Shown here: positions 17,683 to 27,320 of the stretch, one piece after another
How the letters are laid out: every line of letters begins with the position of its first letter
Position numbering within the stretch: the first letter of the stretch is position 1
Assembly (NCBI GenBank): GCA_049322955.1
Contig: JBMOPU010000012.1
Location: 19,581 to 83,580, forward strand
Source: Patescibacteria group bacterium
GTDB lineage: Bacteria > Patescibacteriota > Microgenomatia > UBA10105 > UBA927
Direction: 5' to 3'
DNA: 64,000 nt
Notes under the pieces: model-generated
The model's database searches: none
Told to the model about the DNA's origin: nothing
The model's input: only the letters and a program-made list of their open reading frames with translations
Position numbers and translations under genes: made by a program

Positions 17683-19299
17683 ATGCGTCATCGACTGTAT
17701 TTCATCGTTTGGTTTGGACTGGGGCCGATGTTATTTTACCTGGCATGCTTTATTTTGTTGACCTATCCGCTCATCCGCACATTTACGACGCATATCTTTG
17801 CCGGTCCCATTGACGGATTACAAAACTATTGGAACATTTGGTGGGTCAATAAGGCCATTACACAGCTCCACACATCTCCCTGGTTCACCACGCAGATTCA
17901 ATATCCGCACGGAACGACACTCATCGGTCATACGCTAAACCCCATAAACGGCATTATGGCTATCCCGTTGTTACGGCTTATGCCGCTAAACCAAGTCTAT
18001 AATCTCATCGTCGTGTTTTCGTTCGTCGCGAGCGGATACACGCTGTTTCTCTTGGCCTATCGGCTTACCCAACACTATGAAGGAAGTGTCATCGCAGGAT
18101 TCATATTTACCTTCTCGCATTATCACTTTACGCATCTTTTGGAACATCTTCAGCTTACGTCGTTGGAATGGATTCCGCTGTTTCTTTTGTCCTTTTTGGT
18201 ATTTACCGAAAGACCCACCCCTTTTAAAGGCATTGTTACCGCGGTATTGCTTTTTCTTATCCTTCTGACCGATTATTATTACTTTTTCTATGCCGCCGTC
18301 TGCGCCGGGGTTGCCCTCTTATGGTTGTTTTCCGTACGTCGTCTTACTGTAGCTGATATGCGTCACAACAAAATCCCATGGATAATTTTTTTTGCGGTGT
18401 CGGTACTGCTCACGGCGCCTCTGTTGTTTCATCTCATCCAAACACATCTCGTCGATCCGCTCCTTGGCAGTCATGATCCGTCTGAGTATTCGCTGGACCT
18501 TATGGCGCCCTTCATACCCGGTGTGACATGGCGGTTTGCCGATCTTACCCGCATGTATTGGAGCGAGCTTGGCAGGAGTTATTTCGAGGCGAGTGTGTAC
18601 GTCGGTTGGTCCGTGATATTGCTCATCCTGTATGCCGCATTTCGCAAACGGACGTTGGTCCAAAGCCACCTCACACTTTTTTATATATTGTGCGTCGTCT
18701 TTTTCCTCTTGAGTCTCGGCCCGATGCTCCGTATCGGCACCCGATATACTTCGATCGTACTTCCGTACGAATATCTCACCATGCTCTTCCCGATCCTGGG
18801 AATATCCGGCGTGCCGGTACGCATGATGGCTATAGCAACGCTCGCGTTGAGTGTTATAAGTGCGTATGCCATTTCCGCACTGTGGAACAACGAAAGGCGG
18901 TGGGCACTTCTTCTCCTTGCCCCTGTTTTTATTCTCGACCACCTCCAGGCGCCTATTCCTTCATTGGCTCGCCCCACTCCTCATACCGTCCAAATTCTTC
19001 AAAATATTCCGGGGAACGACCCGGTCGTGGATGGTGCCTATCATATGTCCGATTCCCTCTATTACCAGACGATCCATGAAAAACCGATGGCGCTAGGGTA
19101 TATTGCCCGGATCCCCACCGGCACCGAACGGAAAAACGATTCGTTGCGCCGGGCAATCGATGGCAATGATTACGGAGAAATGCGACGTGCAGGGTTTCGG
19201 TTTCTGCTCACTAAATCACCTCTTCCCGCCGAGTCCTTATGCACGTTTCTTGCGGAAGATACGGGGGTCATACTGTATGATCTCTCGACGTGCAGATAG
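17683..19299 (+). CDS. large polytopic membrane protein (putative GT-C-type glycosyltransferase / YfhO-like)
   Basis: 538 aa with more than 10 TM helices; paralogous in architecture to the 61618 gene. Confidence 0.45.
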   Translation: MRHRLYFIVWFGLGPMLFYLACFILLTYPLIRTFTTHIFAGPIDGLQNYWNIWWVNKAITQLHTSPWFTTQIQYPHGTTLIGHTLNPINGIMAIPLLRLMPLNQVYNLIVVFSFVASGYTLFLLAYRLTQHYEGSVIAGFIFTFSHYHFTHLLEHLQLTSLEWIPLFLLSFLVFTERPTPFKGIVTAVLLFLILLTDYYYFFYAAVCAGVALLWLFSVRRLTVADMRHNKIPWIIFFAVSVLLTAPLLFHLIQTHLVDPLLGSHDPSEYSLDLMAPFIPGVTWRFADLTRMYWSELGRSYFEASVYVGWSVILLILYAAFRKRTLVQSHLTLFYILCVVFFLLSLGPMLRIGTRYTSIVLPYEYLTMLFPILGISGVPVRMMAIATLALSVISAYAISALWNNERRWALLLLAPVFILDHLQAPIPSLARPTPHTVQILQNIPGNDPVVDGAYHMSDSLYYQTIHEKPMALGYIARIPTGTERKNDSLRRAIDGNDYGEMRRAGFRFLLTKSPLPAESLCTFLAEDTGVILYDLSTCR

Positions 19300-19356
19300 T
19301 CATCACCGCCTCCCGTGCTACCGATCATTTCTTCTGCGGGCTTGCGGCGACCGTAT

Positions 19357-19446
19357 TGGCGGAAGGGGTGGGATTCGAACCCACGGTCAGCTTGCGCCGA
19401 CGCTTGTTTTCAAGACAAGTGCACTAGTCCACTATGCGACCCTTCC
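19357..19446 (-). tRNA. tRNA-Ser (anticodon UGA)
   Basis: Manual fold: loop CTTGAAA, long variable arm, T-loop TTCGAAT, encoded CCA. Confidence 0.85.
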
Positions 19447-19463
19447 TTGGGAAAACACCACTG

Positions 19464-19549
19464 CGGAGAGTATGGGAGTCGAACCCATTGACGAACTTAC
19501 GCTCGTCACGGTTTAGCAAACCGTTCCCTTACCGTCCGGGCCACTCTCC
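19464..19549 (-). tRNA. tRNA-Ser (anticodon GCU); CCA not encoded
   Basis: Manual fold: acceptor GGAGAGT, loop TTGCTAA, long variable arm, T-loop TTCGACT. Confidence 0.8.
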
Positions 19550-19578
19550 GTGGCGATCATTATACCAATAATACCCGC

Positions 19579-20250
19579 TTAACTCCTAGCTGAATCAGTA
19601 CTGCGGACCACGAAAACTGCTCCCAGATGAACGTCGATAACTGCCGCCGGGCCGGTAATTTCGTTACTGATGCCTAATGATGAATTGCGGAACATTTTTT
19701 GTTTTGTGATCGGATATTTGACGCCGGTTGCCGTAACAACAGCCCGCTGAGTGAGCGGGATAATCGAAAGATACCGATATGGTATGCTCCGTGAAAACTT
19801 CATAGAGCCTCGTCGCACAATGTTTATTTTATTGAAGTTATCCACAATTTCTCCATCAATATTGTGCGACGATAGGTATGCCAAGCTCTGCATTGCGCCT
19901 AACGTGTGATCAAACCGTTTTCCCAATACGGCAAACAGTCGTACTTTTTTGGGAGATCCCTTACACACTTCCCGTACCGCAAGCTCCAGATCAGTCATGT
20001 CCTTTTCCGGTTCATACTCCCTATAGATATCCGCCGTGTTATGAATACGCCGTTTTTCTTCGGAGGTTATCGAATCAAAGTCCCCGATAGCAAGATGTAT
20101 CGGAAATTTGTTTCTGAGAAGCCAGAGCGCCCCCCTATCGACCCCCACCATATAGTCTGCTTTGCTGATGAAAGGAAGCATGCGTCTGTCGAGCACTCCC
20201 CCCGCCACAATGGCGACCGTTTTTCCGATGAGTGAATTCTTTGGTTTCAT
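19579..20250 (-). CDS. thiamine pyrophosphokinase
   Basis: GDFDS motif and TDLELA motif. Start set at MKPKNS directly after the ComFC stop. Confidence 0.6.
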   Translation of the reverse strand: MKPKNSLIGKTVAIVAGGVLDRRMLPFISKADYMVGVDRGALWLLRNKFPIHLAIGDFDSITSEEKRRIHNTADIYREYEPEKDMTDLELAVREVCKGSPKKVRLFAVLGKRFDHTLGAMQSLAYLSSHNIDGEIVDNFNKINIVRRGSMKFSRSIPYRYLSIIPLTQRAVVTATGVKYPITKQKMFRNSSLGISNEITGPAAVIDVHLGAVFVVRSTDSARS

Positions 20251-20251
20251 A

Positions 20252-20938
20252 TCAACGCGCCATGGCAATTCCCCACACGTATTTTATTCCAGCGCGTTTT
20301 AACGCACCAGCGGCATTTTGCATGGTTGCCCCCGTCGTATATACGTCATCACAAAGCATCACCCCGTAGTCGCACCGTTTCATCCGTTCCGCAAAAAAGG
20401 CGTTTTTCATGTTTTGGAACCGAACGTCCCGCTTCTCTACCGTTACCTGTGGAATTGTTTCTTTGACACGGCGCAACAACGTGGTGTTCAGCGGCACCCC
20501 CCATCGTCGTCCCAACGCTTTTGCAATGAGTTCGGCCTGGTTAAACCCTCGGAGCTTCCGCCGCCGGGGAGCAAGCGGGATGGGCACAAGCACCATAGGC
20601 ATGTTCCCCATACGCGTGTGGACGGATGCCGCCATGGCTTCGGGAATCATTGATACAAAGGTTGACACCGCATCGGATACCAGCCGGTATTTCATCTCGT
20701 GGACAAGCGAGCGCACCACCCCGCGGTAACGGAAAAAACATGTAAGTCCGTCAAGTCCGTTATGTGTGCGGCACCGGGGGTGCACGGCCCCGTCGACGGC
20801 GGGTTTATGACAACGCGGACATATCATTTCGGTTGGGGAAAGAACCAAAACGGTGCTTGTACAGCGGGAACAAACGTACGCTCCCGGCCTGCGACATCCG
20901 ACACACCGCTTGGGGAAAAGGATAGCCAAAAAATCCAC
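20252..20938 (-). CDS. comFC: ComF family protein (ComFC; zinc-ribbon + phosphoribosyltransferase domain)
   Basis: N-terminal CxxC...CxxC, PRTase motif VMLCDDVYTTGAT. Confidence 0.65.
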   Translation of the reverse strand: MDFLAILFPKRCVGCRRPGAYVCSRCTSTVLVLSPTEMICPRCHKPAVDGAVHPRCRTHNGLDGLTCFFRYRGVVRSLVHEMKYRLVSDAVSTFVSMIPEAMAASVHTRMGNMPMVLVPIPLAPRRRKLRGFNQAELIAKALGRRWGVPLNTTLLRRVKETIPQVTVEKRDVRFQNMKNAFFAERMKRCDYGVMLCDDVYTTGATMQNAAGALKRAGIKYVWGIAMAR

Positions 20939-21026
20939 AATAAAGCCTCCTCATACCATTGTACAAGGAGGCAACATTGCTTGCCCTATCTCGTCCCGTC
21001 GAAGTGGGACGGACGCGAATGGGTGG

Positions 21027-21439
21027 AGATGCCGGGTAATGAGCCCGGGTCCGAAGGAATACATCAAAAACTTCTACAAGCGTAGTCCGTTTGGTTCTTT
21101 TCTCGGGAAAAAGCGGACAAATACCAGAGAAAAGGGTTGATCGAAATTATACTCCGGCTGTTCCCGATCATGAACAGCCTGACGGCCTGGCTTTGTTTAC
21201 ACCCTGATACCCTCACCAGACAAAAGAATATTCAGGATGGATCTTACGCAGTTGCGAAGGCGTATGCCCGCGCTTGCATGGATCGCTTAAGGGCAAGTCG
21301 TTCTACTAAGTAGGCGTACTTTTCCTCAAGCTCGCTAAGAGTGTTAGCAATTATAAATTGACAAGAGTTTTTACGGCTCTTTTGTCGTCGCCGGCTTGCT
21401 GTTTTTTAATGTGCTCGCATCGTCGATGCATGCATCCCC
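21027..21439 (-). ncRNA. ssrA: putative tmRNA (ssrA)
   Basis: Begins 1 nt after the smpB stop with GGGGAUGCAUGCAUCGACGAUGCG (tmRNA-type GGGG-N8-AUCGAC start). 3' end has T-arm-like CCGGG-CUCAUUA-CCCGG, then CAUCUCC complementary to GGGGAUG, then ACC. Tag ORF not confidently resolved. Confidence 0.45.
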
Positions 21440-21440
21440 G

Positions 21441-21884
21441 TTAATCTACCTTCCCCCGGAAGTCCCGTTCAAGCTCGCGCTTCTGTGCTTCCCTCCTCAT
21501 TTTTTCCCGTTTTTCGTATTGTTTTTTGCCGCGCGCAAGGCCGATTTCGAGCTTCACCAGAGGACCCTTAGTATACCAGCTTAAGGGAACCAGGGTCAAA
21601 TTGGCGCCGTCGATCTTGCTTTTTATGGATATAAGCTCGTTTTTATGCAGTAACAACTTGCGCGTGCGCTTCGGGTCATACTCTTCGGGGCGGGCATAGA
21701 TATAGGGAAATATTTGCGCGTTAATAAGATATGCCGCCGTACCTAAAATCTTCACAAACGAGCCGTCAAGTTTTGCGTGTCCCGCACGAAGCGACTTTAC
21801 CTCTGCGCCACTCAAAACAATCCCCGCCTCAAAACGATCAAGGATTTCATAGTCATACGTGGCTTTTTTGTTGACCAGCTTCAT
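21441..21884 (-). CDS. smpB: SsrA-binding protein SmpB
   Basis: 147 aa, KTRKLLLHKNELISIK... family pattern. Confidence 0.85.
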   Translation of the reverse strand: MKLVNKKATYDYEILDRFEAGIVLSGAEVKSLRAGHAKLDGSFVKILGTAAYLINAQIFPYIYARPEEYDPKRTRKLLLHKNELISIKSKIDGANLTLVPLSWYTKGPLVKLEIGLARGKKQYEKREKMRREAQKRELERDFRGKVD

Positions 21885-21894
21885 ACGAATCGGC

Positions 21895-23724
21895 TTACTT
21901 TAGGTCCGTGGCGTAGATTTTACCCTCTGCGAGCAAAAAAAGCTTGCGGGAAGATTCCGATACGGCAAGCGCGGTAGGCTGAAAGCCCGCACGCCATACA
22001 TACTGCGCCATATACATCCCCTCTTTATCAAACACGACGACCCGGTGATAATCGTGATCCAATACATAGACCATTTTCAGTTCATCATGGGTGTACACGC
22101 TGAGCCGTTTGCCGAGCGGCATATCATGGCCTTGTGGGGTATAGCTGTTTTCCTTCCCTGCGGTAAATCGCATGATTGTCCCGTTTGTCGTCCCCAACCA
22201 TACCGAACCGTCTATGGCCAGATTAGTAACCTGAGACAAATCCGGTAAGGTATCGGGATTCAAGTATTCGAACAGCTGGCTAAACCCTTTTTCCGTTGCG
22301 ACATACTTCCAAATCCTGCTCTTTTGGGTATCCAGAAGGTAAATATTGCCGCCAAATACCGCCATGTCGGAAATCCTTCCCCACTCGGAAGAAGCCGGAA
22401 TCATGTTCGGAACCGTTTTTTGATCGGAAAGCCGTATCTGATGAATACCCGTAGGTGTCCACACATAGACCTTGTCTCCGTATACCGCCACATGTGATGC
22501 GTTGTCAAAACCGTTACCGCCGCCGACGATATTGCCGTTTCTGTTGGTGACTCCCAGGGTATATACGGTTTTGCCAAAGGCATCATAAATACCGATTGTC
22601 TCGTCAAATAAGGAAATGTCGGTTGCCTTCGCGTCCTTTTTCAAAAGTCCCATATCAAAATACAGCTCCGGTTGCACATCGACGCTATGCATGGCGCGCG
22701 TAAGGTTTTTGACCACTTCTTCATACAATTGCCGCGCCTCCCTCAGCTCGGCGGATCGGGATTTTCGGGCAATAAGAGGCGCGAGCGTATCGCGTGCTGA
22801 GGTGAGCCGTTCCCTTCCCTTTACGGGATTTAGCTCCAGAAGCGCCATTCCTTCGTCAAATGAATGCTTGGCCGTCGCCACCGCATCGGTTACCGCACTC
22901 TGCACCTGAACCGTTTGTTGTCTGCGTATTCCTAAAGCCACACTGGCAAGGAACAGCGTAATAACAATGACGGCTATGAATCGTTTTACCGAGAAAGAGG
23001 GGTGCGAACGGACTTTGTGGATGAGAATCCGCGCCTTTGCCCTTCCAGACGCCGGGGTTATCCTACGAATGATTGCCTTAACGGTAGGTATCATCATTCC
23101 CCGCCTTTTTGCGGTCGGGGCGATCGTCGCCGACGGGACGATTTTTTCCTCCTGCTCCGTATCAAGCGGTTTTCCCATCTCAAAAATAAGCGCCGCGCCC
23201 CCTTCTCCTCCTTGTCGTTCGTGCAGACGTATGGTAAGTTTTTCGGCCACCTCATGGGGTCGTAAATGATCAAACGCGCCGATGATTTCCTGCTCTGAAA
23301 GCGTACCGAGGAATGATTGCGTGGCGGCGATAATGGTGTCCCCGGGACGCATATTTCCGGAAAGCGATCCGTCGCTGGTCAACAGCTTGGCTAGCTGATC
23401 ACCGCGCTTTAAATAGACGGCACCGTTCCCTTTGGAGACGATATAGAGCGTTTGCCCTATGGGAACAAGCAGAACAAGACTCACCACATCGTCATGAATC
23501 GTCGTTTCCGCAATATCGACAAGAGCGGCCAGCGAGACGGGAGGAATATCGAAAATTCGGGTGAGCTTGGTCAAAAGCTGGATACCCCTTGTTCGCGCAA
23601 TTCCGTCCGGGGCATGAACCTCGACCACACCGTAAGCGTGGGGTGTCTGGAGGACCTGTCCCCACCGCGTTTCCGTGGGAACTCCCACCACCGAAGCAAC
23701 TGTTGGCCTTACCGAATCCGCCAT
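21895..23724 (-). CDS. hypothetical membrane-anchored protein with C-terminal beta-propeller-like repeats
   Basis: 609 aa, single central TM (FIAVIVITLFLASVALGI), repeat-rich C-terminal half. Confidence 0.45.
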   Translation of the reverse strand: MADSVRPTVASVVGVPTETRWGQVLQTPHAYGVVEVHAPDGIARTRGIQLLTKLTRIFDIPPVSLAALVDIAETTIHDDVVSLVLLVPIGQTLYIVSKGNGAVYLKRGDQLAKLLTSDGSLSGNMRPGDTIIAATQSFLGTLSEQEIIGAFDHLRPHEVAEKLTIRLHERQGGEGGAALIFEMGKPLDTEQEEKIVPSATIAPTAKRRGMMIPTVKAIIRRITPASGRAKARILIHKVRSHPSFSVKRFIAVIVITLFLASVALGIRRQQTVQVQSAVTDAVATAKHSFDEGMALLELNPVKGRERLTSARDTLAPLIARKSRSAELREARQLYEEVVKNLTRAMHSVDVQPELYFDMGLLKKDAKATDISLFDETIGIYDAFGKTVYTLGVTNRNGNIVGGGNGFDNASHVAVYGDKVYVWTPTGIHQIRLSDQKTVPNMIPASSEWGRISDMAVFGGNIYLLDTQKSRIWKYVATEKGFSQLFEYLNPDTLPDLSQVTNLAIDGSVWLGTTNGTIMRFTAGKENSYTPQGHDMPLGKRLSVYTHDELKMVYVLDHDYHRVVVFDKEGMYMAQYVWRAGFQPTALAVSESSRKLFLLAEGKIYATDLK

Positions 23725-23754
23725 ACGTGTAAATCTATCGTATCACGCGGGAGG

Positions 23755-23973
23755 CTATAAGATAAGAAGAGCTAACGCAAAAACACCGATCGCGGCAACA
23801 AGGTGGATAAACGCCGCAACCCGAAGCACGGGTTCGAATGATTCCTCGAGCACTTGTGCCATCAGTTGTTCCTGGCGAAGGATAACGGTCGCAAAGACGA
23901 TATAGAGCCCCAATCCGAAGAGGATAAGAAATTTAACGAGGATAAAGATAATATTGGTTATATCCGGCGTCAT
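23755..23973 (-). CDS. small hypothetical membrane protein
   Basis: 72 aa, two TM helices, 4-nt overlap with upstream gene. Confidence 0.35.
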   Translation of the reverse strand: MTPDITNIIFILVKFLILFGLGLYIVFATVILRQEQLMAQVLEESFEPVLRVAAFIHLVAAIGVFALALLIL

Positions 23974-24578
23974 AGTCCTGCTTTTCCGTCTTCCAACAAT
24001 TCACTGATCGCCTCGACAACTTTTGCCGGCTTGGGCACGGCCAAAAATTCTATATTGGGCATATCCCCGCCCGCCGTCTGCACCGACGCATCGCCGTAAT
24101 CAAAAAAGACTGAAAATATGCCGCTACTTTTGTAACTGATGTCCTGAATTCTGTCGAGTCTGGCCTCGGAAAACTCCTTATAAAGAAGATGAATGAAATC
24201 GATATCTACAATCCGTTTATCGGTAACGATATAAATGTTAAAGAACCATCGGAGAAAACTCATCAAAGCAAAGCCGAAGGTTACGACATACCAGAATGCC
24301 GTCCCAACCACGATGTAGCTCACCGGTACAACAAACGGCAGGGTAAGAAACCGGAAAAGCAACGGAAAAAAGACGATAGGAGCAAGAGCGAGGAAAAGTA
24401 CCAAAAGCGCCGGACCAAGAAGGACAATCAGATGTTGGCGAAGAAAGAGTATGACTTTTTCCTCTTTTTCCTGGGTTTCAAAACTTATGCCTTCGGGACT
24501 CACAGCGAAACTGGTGAGCGGCGACATGATGGTACGCTCGACAAGGGGTTTCTCCTTAGCGGTAAAGACTGTCGGCAT
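23970..24578 (-). CDS. bacterial PH-domain (YdbT/DUF304-like) membrane protein
   Basis: Two TM helices followed by a PH-like soluble domain. Confidence 0.45.
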   Translation of the reverse strand: MPTVFTAKEKPLVERTIMSPLTSFAVSPEGISFETQEKEEKVILFLRQHLIVLLGPALLVLFLALAPIVFFPLLFRFLTLPFVVPVSYIVVGTAFWYVVTFGFALMSFLRWFFNIYIVTDKRIVDIDFIHLLYKEFSEARLDRIQDISYKSSGIFSVFFDYGDASVQTAGGDMPNIEFLAVPKPAKVVEAISELLEDGKAGL

Positions 24579-24632
24579 CGCGGTAATTGTACAACACTCA
24601 CCCGTTCCTGGCTATATGCCGTAGAAAACGGG

Positions 24633-26396
24633 CTATCGTCGTTCAATGTTAAACAGCGGACCGACGATTTGAATGTTGGCCGGGGCTCTCAGATTAAAGA
24701 AGTCCTTAAATTCGCTTCCTTCAAATGAAACGGTGCCCGCATCGCCGCTTATCGTAATCCCCGTCGTCCTTCCTACGCCCCAGTCAACGCCGGAAACACT
24801 CACGCTGGAGACCGAACCGAAAGGTGACCCACCGCGACTTTTCAATTCTTGCTTAACCCGATCCTTATCCCACGTGTCGGTTCCCGCCGGATTCGGTTTA
24901 TCCGGCTGATACAGGTGCTCTTTCGTGCCTCCGTCCTTCCGGGCAAGGAGAATGACGTTCACGATATCGGCAACCTCATCGCTTTTGAGCCAGGCGCTTT
25001 TGCCGTACTGACTGCGAAACCCCTGTGCCGCATAAAAACAGGGGGACTCCCGATCGTACGCTTTTGCCTGCAGATCAGCAAAGCTCCCGACATCTCCGCT
25101 GGTATCACGGGTGCGCTTTGTCCAGGCACGATGGCTTCCGCCCCAGACGTCGTTGTTTTGAAACGTGTATCCTCCGTCCGTTGACGAAAACCATGCCGCA
25201 ATCACCTGGCCGCCTTGCACCATCGTTTTCCCCGACGTATCGTTGACGGCACTCTCCCAAGCGCCTCCTTTTGGATCCGTTTTAAACACCTGGCAACTTT
25301 GGGTGGCACAAATTGAATTGTTCCCGTTATCCGTGGAATACAGCGCGTACGAACGGGCGGCTATCGCCTGTGCTTTCAGCGCTTCGGCAGGCCAACTTGC
25401 CGGCACCTCATAAATCCGTTTGACATACTCTTCAAGACTCCCCGTCCAGATGACAGATCCCTGATTCACCCCGTTACCGTTATTCACTTTAATGGTAATT
25501 CCCCCTTTGTCCTGATACTCATCAAAATTGAAATACGCACGAAGTATTTTGTCATACGAGTGTCCCTCCTGCGCCCTGCCCAATGCGCCGTATTGGTTCA
25601 TACCGACCCGGTGCGGGATACCGTAGGTAAAAAACGCAAATCCCGGCGAAAATCCCGGATCCAACTTTCGATCATCGGTACAATATAGCGGACCTGCTCC
25701 TAAGCTGGACGGAAGATTAAGTCCCGACAGCTTTGCCGCCAAAAAAGATTGCTGTTTCGCGGAAAGGGCGGCAATGGCTGAGGAAAGCTTGCTCTGATAG
25801 GCCGAAGCTTCCCCGACAAGTTTTCGTACCGATGCGGCCCGACGATCCAAATCTTCCTTGAGAGAACCGAGCGTTACCCGCTCTTTTTCCAATTCCGCTT
25901 TTCTTGTCTGCAGATCCCGGATAGATACTGCCGTTTGTCCGATCAGCTTTTTATCCTCATCGATGACGACGTGTTGATACGTGAACGCACGAAGCACCGC
26001 GCCTACATTGGTTGAGGTCAGAAACGGTAAGAGCGGGTTATAGGTCTGGGTGCGACGATACAATGCGGCAATTCTTCGGGAAGCAAGCGCTAACGCATCG
26101 GATAATTCCTCTTCGGCAATCCCAATGGCGGCGGCTTTTTTTATGAGATCTCCTTCAATCCCTTTAATGCGTGCCTGGAATGCGGCGATATCCGTTTCCA
26201 TTTTGTTGAGTGCCGTCACGTGCGGCGCTTTCGCCTTTTCCATGGCATTCCACTCTTCCTGACATTTACTTATCTTGCGCTGACATTCGTCGGGATCACC
26301 GCAGGAGGTGTCGCAACTTTGCGCCGCTACCGCGGCCGGAAACAGGAAGAGGCAAATAATGAGAAAAGATACTGAAAAAAGCCGAAAAATCTTCAT
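24633..26396 (-). CDS. SpoIID/LytB-domain protein with N-terminal signal peptide and coiled-coil
   Basis: SpoIID/LytB pattern (QVFKTDPKGG...WFSSTDGGYTF). Start set at MKIFRL (ATG 26396) with GGGAGGA RBS. Confidence 0.6.
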   Translation of the reverse strand: MKIFRLFSVSFLIICLFLFPAAVAAQSCDTSCGDPDECQRKISKCQEEWNAMEKAKAPHVTALNKMETDIAAFQARIKGIEGDLIKKAAAIGIAEEELSDALALASRRIAALYRRTQTYNPLLPFLTSTNVGAVLRAFTYQHVVIDEDKKLIGQTAVSIRDLQTRKAELEKERVTLGSLKEDLDRRAASVRKLVGEASAYQSKLSSAIAALSAKQQSFLAAKLSGLNLPSSLGAGPLYCTDDRKLDPGFSPGFAFFTYGIPHRVGMNQYGALGRAQEGHSYDKILRAYFNFDEYQDKGGITIKVNNGNGVNQGSVIWTGSLEEYVKRIYEVPASWPAEALKAQAIAARSYALYSTDNGNNSICATQSCQVFKTDPKGGAWESAVNDTSGKTMVQGGQVIAAWFSSTDGGYTFQNNDVWGGSHRAWTKRTRDTSGDVGSFADLQAKAYDRESPCFYAAQGFRSQYGKSAWLKSDEVADIVNVILLARKDGGTKEHLYQPDKPNPAGTDTWDKDRVKQELKSRGGSPFGSVSSVSVSGVDWGVGRTTGITISGDAGTVSFEGSEFKDFFNLRAPANIQIVGPLFNIERR

Positions 26397-26474
26397 GCGT
26401 CCTCCCATTGTATCAGACGGGAGAAACGTCGCCGCGACTTTTCTTATCTTGTAATTTTTGCTACACTTAAAGGC

Positions 26475-26969
26475 ATGAAACGGGCGATTCTGTCGCTATC
26501 TTTGTTTTTGGTTGCTACCTTTTCCCTTTTGCCTATCATGGGGGCTTTCATGCCGCAGATTTCCGCACAGGGGTTTGGCGGGGTATCCGCCGGTGCGGGA
26601 ACTTCCGCAGATGATTCCGTCGGCGAAAGCGCCTGCCGGTTTGTTACTTCCGGTGAAGCGGGAACATGCAAATCGTGTTTTGAGGGTGGCGGTGCGTGGA
26701 CGGCGATCGGTTGTTTGGGCGGCGAAACTCCGAATGACTTCATCGCATCGTTTTTGAAAATCGGCACGGGACTCGGAGGCGGTGTTGCGTTTCTTTTGAT
26801 CCTGTTTTCCGGTTTTCAGCGGATAACAAGTGCAGGCAATCCAGAAAAGCTTCACGAAGCAAAAGAGCTTATGACCGCGGCGGTCTCGGGTCTATTGCTT
26901 ATTATTTTCTCTATCTTCTTGCTCAGACTTATCGGCGTCGATATATTACAGATACCAGGGCTTAACTAG
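26475..26969 (+). CDS. T4SS-pilin-like (TrbC/VirB2-like) small membrane protein
   Basis: Two TM helices flanking GNPEKLHEAK loop; paralogous to six genes at 36.1-38.3 kb. Confidence 0.5.
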   Translation: MKRAILSLSLFLVATFSLLPIMGAFMPQISAQGFGGVSAGAGTSADDSVGESACRFVTSGEAGTCKSCFEGGGAWTAIGCLGGETPNDFIASFLKIGTGLGGGVAFLLILFSGFQRITSAGNPEKLHEAKELMTAAVSGLLLIIFSIFLLRLIGVDILQIPGLN

Positions 26970-26971
26970 GT

Positions 26972-27319
26972 ATGCAAAAGACACTTGCACAGTTTTCTAT
27001 AGGCGGCGGGAGTAACGGTCCGGGAATTGATATTCAGGGGCCGGAAGGTTTTGCGTTTGAAGGTGCGGGCATAGGGGAAATAATCGGACAGTCGTTAAGC
27101 TATGTCTTCGCCGCGGCAGGCATCGGACTTCTTTTGATGATAATCTCCAGCGGTTTTTCGATGATGATGAGCGCCGGGGACCCCAAGAAGGCGGCCGCGG
27201 GAAAGACCGCGCTTACCAACGCCATAATCGGTTTTATCTTAATTTTTGCCGCATTCTGGATTGTGCAGATAATGGGAACGATTCTGGGGTGGCAAAGTAT
27301 CCTCGATATCTTCCAGTAA
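26972..27319 (+). CDS. T4SS-pilin-like (TrbC/VirB2-like) small membrane protein
   Basis: TM - AGDPKKAAAGKTALTNAIIGFILIF - TM pattern; N-terminal MQKTLAQ. Confidence 0.55.
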   Translation: MQKTLAQFSIGGGSNGPGIDIQGPEGFAFEGAGIGEIIGQSLSYVFAAAGIGLLLMIISSGFSMMMSAGDPKKAAAGKTALTNAIIGFILIFAAFWIVQIMGTILGWQSILDIFQ

Positions 27320-27320
27320 T

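Noticed and set aside
20985-21015. UUCGACGGG motif initially taken as the tmRNA 5' D-analog
   Set aside because: No GGGG precedes it. A much better tmRNA 5' end abuts the smpB stop at 21439. This segment is more likely a 3' hairpin (GUCCC-ACUUCGAC-GGGAC).
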